Shown here in pieces: positions 61,332 to 64,000 of a DNA stretch of 64,000 nucleotides; within the stretch, counting starts at the first letter, position 1, and every line of letters starts with the position of its first letter. Source of the DNA: Elsinoe ampelina (lineage: Eukaryota); the NCBI GenBank assembly GCA_010093995.1, contig ML992512.1, positions 281,736-345,735 on the forward strand, in the 5' to 3' direction. Below the pieces are notes generated by a model, which was not told the origin of the DNA, made no database searches, and worked only from the letters and a program-made list of their open reading frames with translations. A program made the translations under genes and the position numbers.

Positions 61332-62201
61332 ATGGGGGAACAGCTTGAAGATGAGATAACATCTATCAACGCCATCTACACTGATGACACCTTCAAAATC
61401 GCCTCAATTTCTCCAACAATATGCTCGCTTCAAATTCCCACATGTTCGGTATCACTCCGCCTTGAATTCCCGGCAGACTACCCAGATGCACCTCCTTCAA
61501 TACTCGGAACACAGAGCGTAGGCGATGATATCCCGAAAGGTGTTGGGTCAGAAGTGATCGATCTGGCCCGCCACATTCTATCCATCACCTACACTCCTGG
61601 CTCACCATGCATATACGACCTGTTGGAAGACCTCTCTTCGCAACTTCCGGACCTGCTCAACTCTGAAAGCCAGACTGGTCCGAGCATCGAGATGCAAGCA
61701 GGTCTCAGTCAGTCTACATACGAGATCAGCCCACATATGGAGCCTGACCACCAGCAGTCCTTACCCGAGCTCTCTACCCCACCACAGTGGGTGTTGTCTG
61801 ACGTCGTGACTGAGAAGAAATCTGTCTTCATTGCACGAGCGGCTACTGTAGACTCGACGGAACAAGCCAAAGCTTTCCTTCACCACTTCCTCGTCACGGA
61901 CAAGAAAGCAGCTCGAGCGACACATAACATTACTGCTTGGCGCATTCGTGGTCCCAACGATGTCGCTTTCCAGGATTGCGATGACGACGGAGAGACCGCT
62001 GCTGGTGGCCGGCTGCTACACTTGCTCCAGCTAATGGAGGCATGGAACGTGATGGTCGTGGTGACGAGATGGTATGGTGGCGTGCACTTGGGTCCGGATA
62101 GATTCCGGATCATCAACCAAGTGGCAAGGGAAGCGGTTGTCGCCGGCGATTGGGGAAAAGATGCTGCGGCGGGTAAAGGAAAGACTGGAAAGAAGAAATG
62201 A
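61332..62201 (+). CDS. YIH1: RWD + IMPACT domain protein (Yih1-like)
   Basis: EITSINAIY, FPADYP..PP, KKSVF, ATHNITAWR, DDDGETAAG, VTRWYGGVHLGPDRF. Confidence 0.92.
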   Translation: MGEQLEDEITSINAIYTDDTFKIASISPTICSLQIPTCSVSLRLEFPADYPDAPPSILGTQSVGDDIPKGVGSEVIDLARHILSITYTPGSPCIYDLLEDLSSQLPDLLNSESQTGPSIEMQAGLSQSTYEISPHMEPDHQQSLPELSTPPQWVLSDVVTEKKSVFIARAATVDSTEQAKAFLHHFLVTDKKAARATHNITAWRIRGPNDVAFQDCDDDGETAAGGRLLHLLQLMEAWNVMVVVTRWYGGVHLGPDRFRIINQVAREAVVAGDWGKDAAAGKGKTGKKK

Positions 62202-62757
62202 TACGCAGGATCTGCATCAAACCGAGCAGAGCTAGAAGAGCAAGCGATTCTTGCGACATCTCTCTGATCCTTTTCTGGCACCTTTCTTGCACTCTACGGG
62301 GCAACATTATGACACCTGGACCCAGCATGTGCTCGTAGTACTGTCCCAGTGCCAGAAGCGGCGGCAAAGCGTGGACCAGGCTACCGCCCTAACCGAGTCG
62401 ACACTCCGAAAGATATGTCAATACTGGACAGCTCCATGAGGGGTATCCTCGGAACAGAGTGACTGAGCCAGGGTAGCTCAACGAGTACGCCTTCATATTA
62501 TACCGAGATAGACTCAATCTTCTATGAAACAGAACCCCGTCGCAGTCCTTGGTCGGACTGACTGGCTCTTGGAAGCACGCTGAGAGGGGACTTTAGTACG
62601 GATGCACGATCTGCCTACCAAAACATGACTATGCCCAAGCCATCTGCAACATATGCACTTGACTTGGAAGTTGCTCTATACACGATCTATCGTAGTCTAG
62701 GCTTGCTGGTGAATCTTCTGTTACTCTGGTGCTTGATCAATGCATCAAAGCAACACT

Positions 62758-64000
62758 TCACAGCTTGCTCTTGGGCGCCTCTAATTTCTCTACTTCCGCG
62801 AACTGATAGTAAAACTCCAGGCTCTCCGGGTTAAGCAACGTTCCAGAAGGCTTTATCTTCTCTCCCGAAACGATACGCTTGACTGGCAACTCAACCTTCT
62901 TCAGATTCACAGTAGTCTGTTTCCCGTCAGTACACCTCTCAGTCATGTTCATCTTCTCAACCTACTGGTATCTCCCACGTCTGGAAAACGTATCTCGGCA
63001 CATGCCTCCTACTCAATTCTCTCCCAATCACCTCCTTCACCCTCCCTACCAACTCCCCATCAAACCTCTTCCCCGCCCTCATCTTCAAAAACAACATGAC
63101 CCTCTCATCCGCATCCCCCTTCCTCCTCTGCCCCACGCAAATCCCATCCTCCACCTCCTCCGCGAACCACGTCTCCAACACCCCATAAATATCCGCCGAC
63201 CCAAACCTCACCCCACTAGGATTCAACACCCCATCCGCCCTCCCCAGAAAATACAACCCCCCGGTCCCAGGATGCCGATATATAAAATCCCCATGCGTCC
63301 ACACCCCCTTATACCTCCCAAAATACGCTTTACGATACTTTTCCCCGCTCTCATCCGCAAAGAAACCCGGCGGCTGATTCGGGAATCCCCTCGTGCACAC
63401 CAACTCCCCCGGCTCCCCATCCCTCACCGCCACCCCCACCACCTCCTCCCCCTCAATCGTCTGGTCATACACCTCCACCTTCAACCCCAGCCCCGGCCCC
63501 GGGCAACCCCCTAGGTACACCGGCGTAAGCGGGTTCTCCAACGCAAACGCAGCCGCCAGATCCGTGCCGCCTGCGATGTTGGCCAACTGGACACCCGGCG
63601 GGAACGAGGCGTAGAACCAAGTGAAGAGCGACTCGGGGAGGACCATGCCCGTGGACGTGACGCGGCGGAGGGAGGAGAGGTCGTAGAGGTGGTTCGGGAC
63701 GAGGGAAGCGGTGGCGAGGGTCTGCAGGTAGCGAGGGGAGATGCCGAGGTCTGTGATGCGCAGGAGGGGGACGAGGGAGAGGAAGGAGTGGGTGGTGGGC
63801 AGGAAGGGGGAGCCGTCGTAGAGGATGGCCGTGCAGCCGTGTTGGAGCGTCAGCAGGGAGGAGAGGTACATGATCCAGCCTGTCGTGGTGTATTGCAGGT
63901 TGATGCTCGAGGGCCCCAGGTCCCGGTGGAGACGCCCTTCTTTGGTGCTGCTGAGGAGCACGCCGCCGGTGGAGTGCATGATGCATTTGGGGACGCCGGT
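62758..64000 (-). CDS. Acetoacetyl-CoA synthetase, 3' part (runs off window)
   Basis: TGVPKCIMHS, YTTTGWIM, GGTD, WTHGDF, GRADGVLNPSGVRFGS, KKVELPVK. Intron 62965-62917. Confidence 0.9.

Overview
Eukaryotic DNA from a filamentous ascomycete (Pezizomycotina-type short GT-AG introns with CTRAC branch points). It starts in an AT-rich, RIP-like repeat remnant. About 23 mostly housekeeping genes follow: ENA Na+/K+ ATPase, isochorismatase-family hydrolase, DUF4419, Usp, mito uS7 and mL41, Argonaute, GH81 glucanase, Utp14, nitronate monooxygenase, glycogen synthase, SRPBCC, TAF11, TRK, SnoaL-like, ankyrin, epoxide-hydrolase-like, PDR ABC transporter, Opi1, Prp45, Yih1/IMPACT, partial acetoacetyl-CoA synthetase and small secreted ORFs. 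There are two tRNA genes. The most striking observation is a tRNA-Pro(UGG) gene (44758-44889, minus) whose D-arm is split by a 53-nt insert with all marks of a spliceosomal GT-AG intron, in addition to a normal 7-nt anticodon-loop intron. Also notable: a non-coding array of ~75-nt period carrying fixed-spacing inverted motifs (46000-46860), a probable 1-nt microexon in the GH81 gene, a GC-AG intron, and recurrent C-rich-to-G-rich skew switches. All calls come from reading the sequence by eye; no searches were run.
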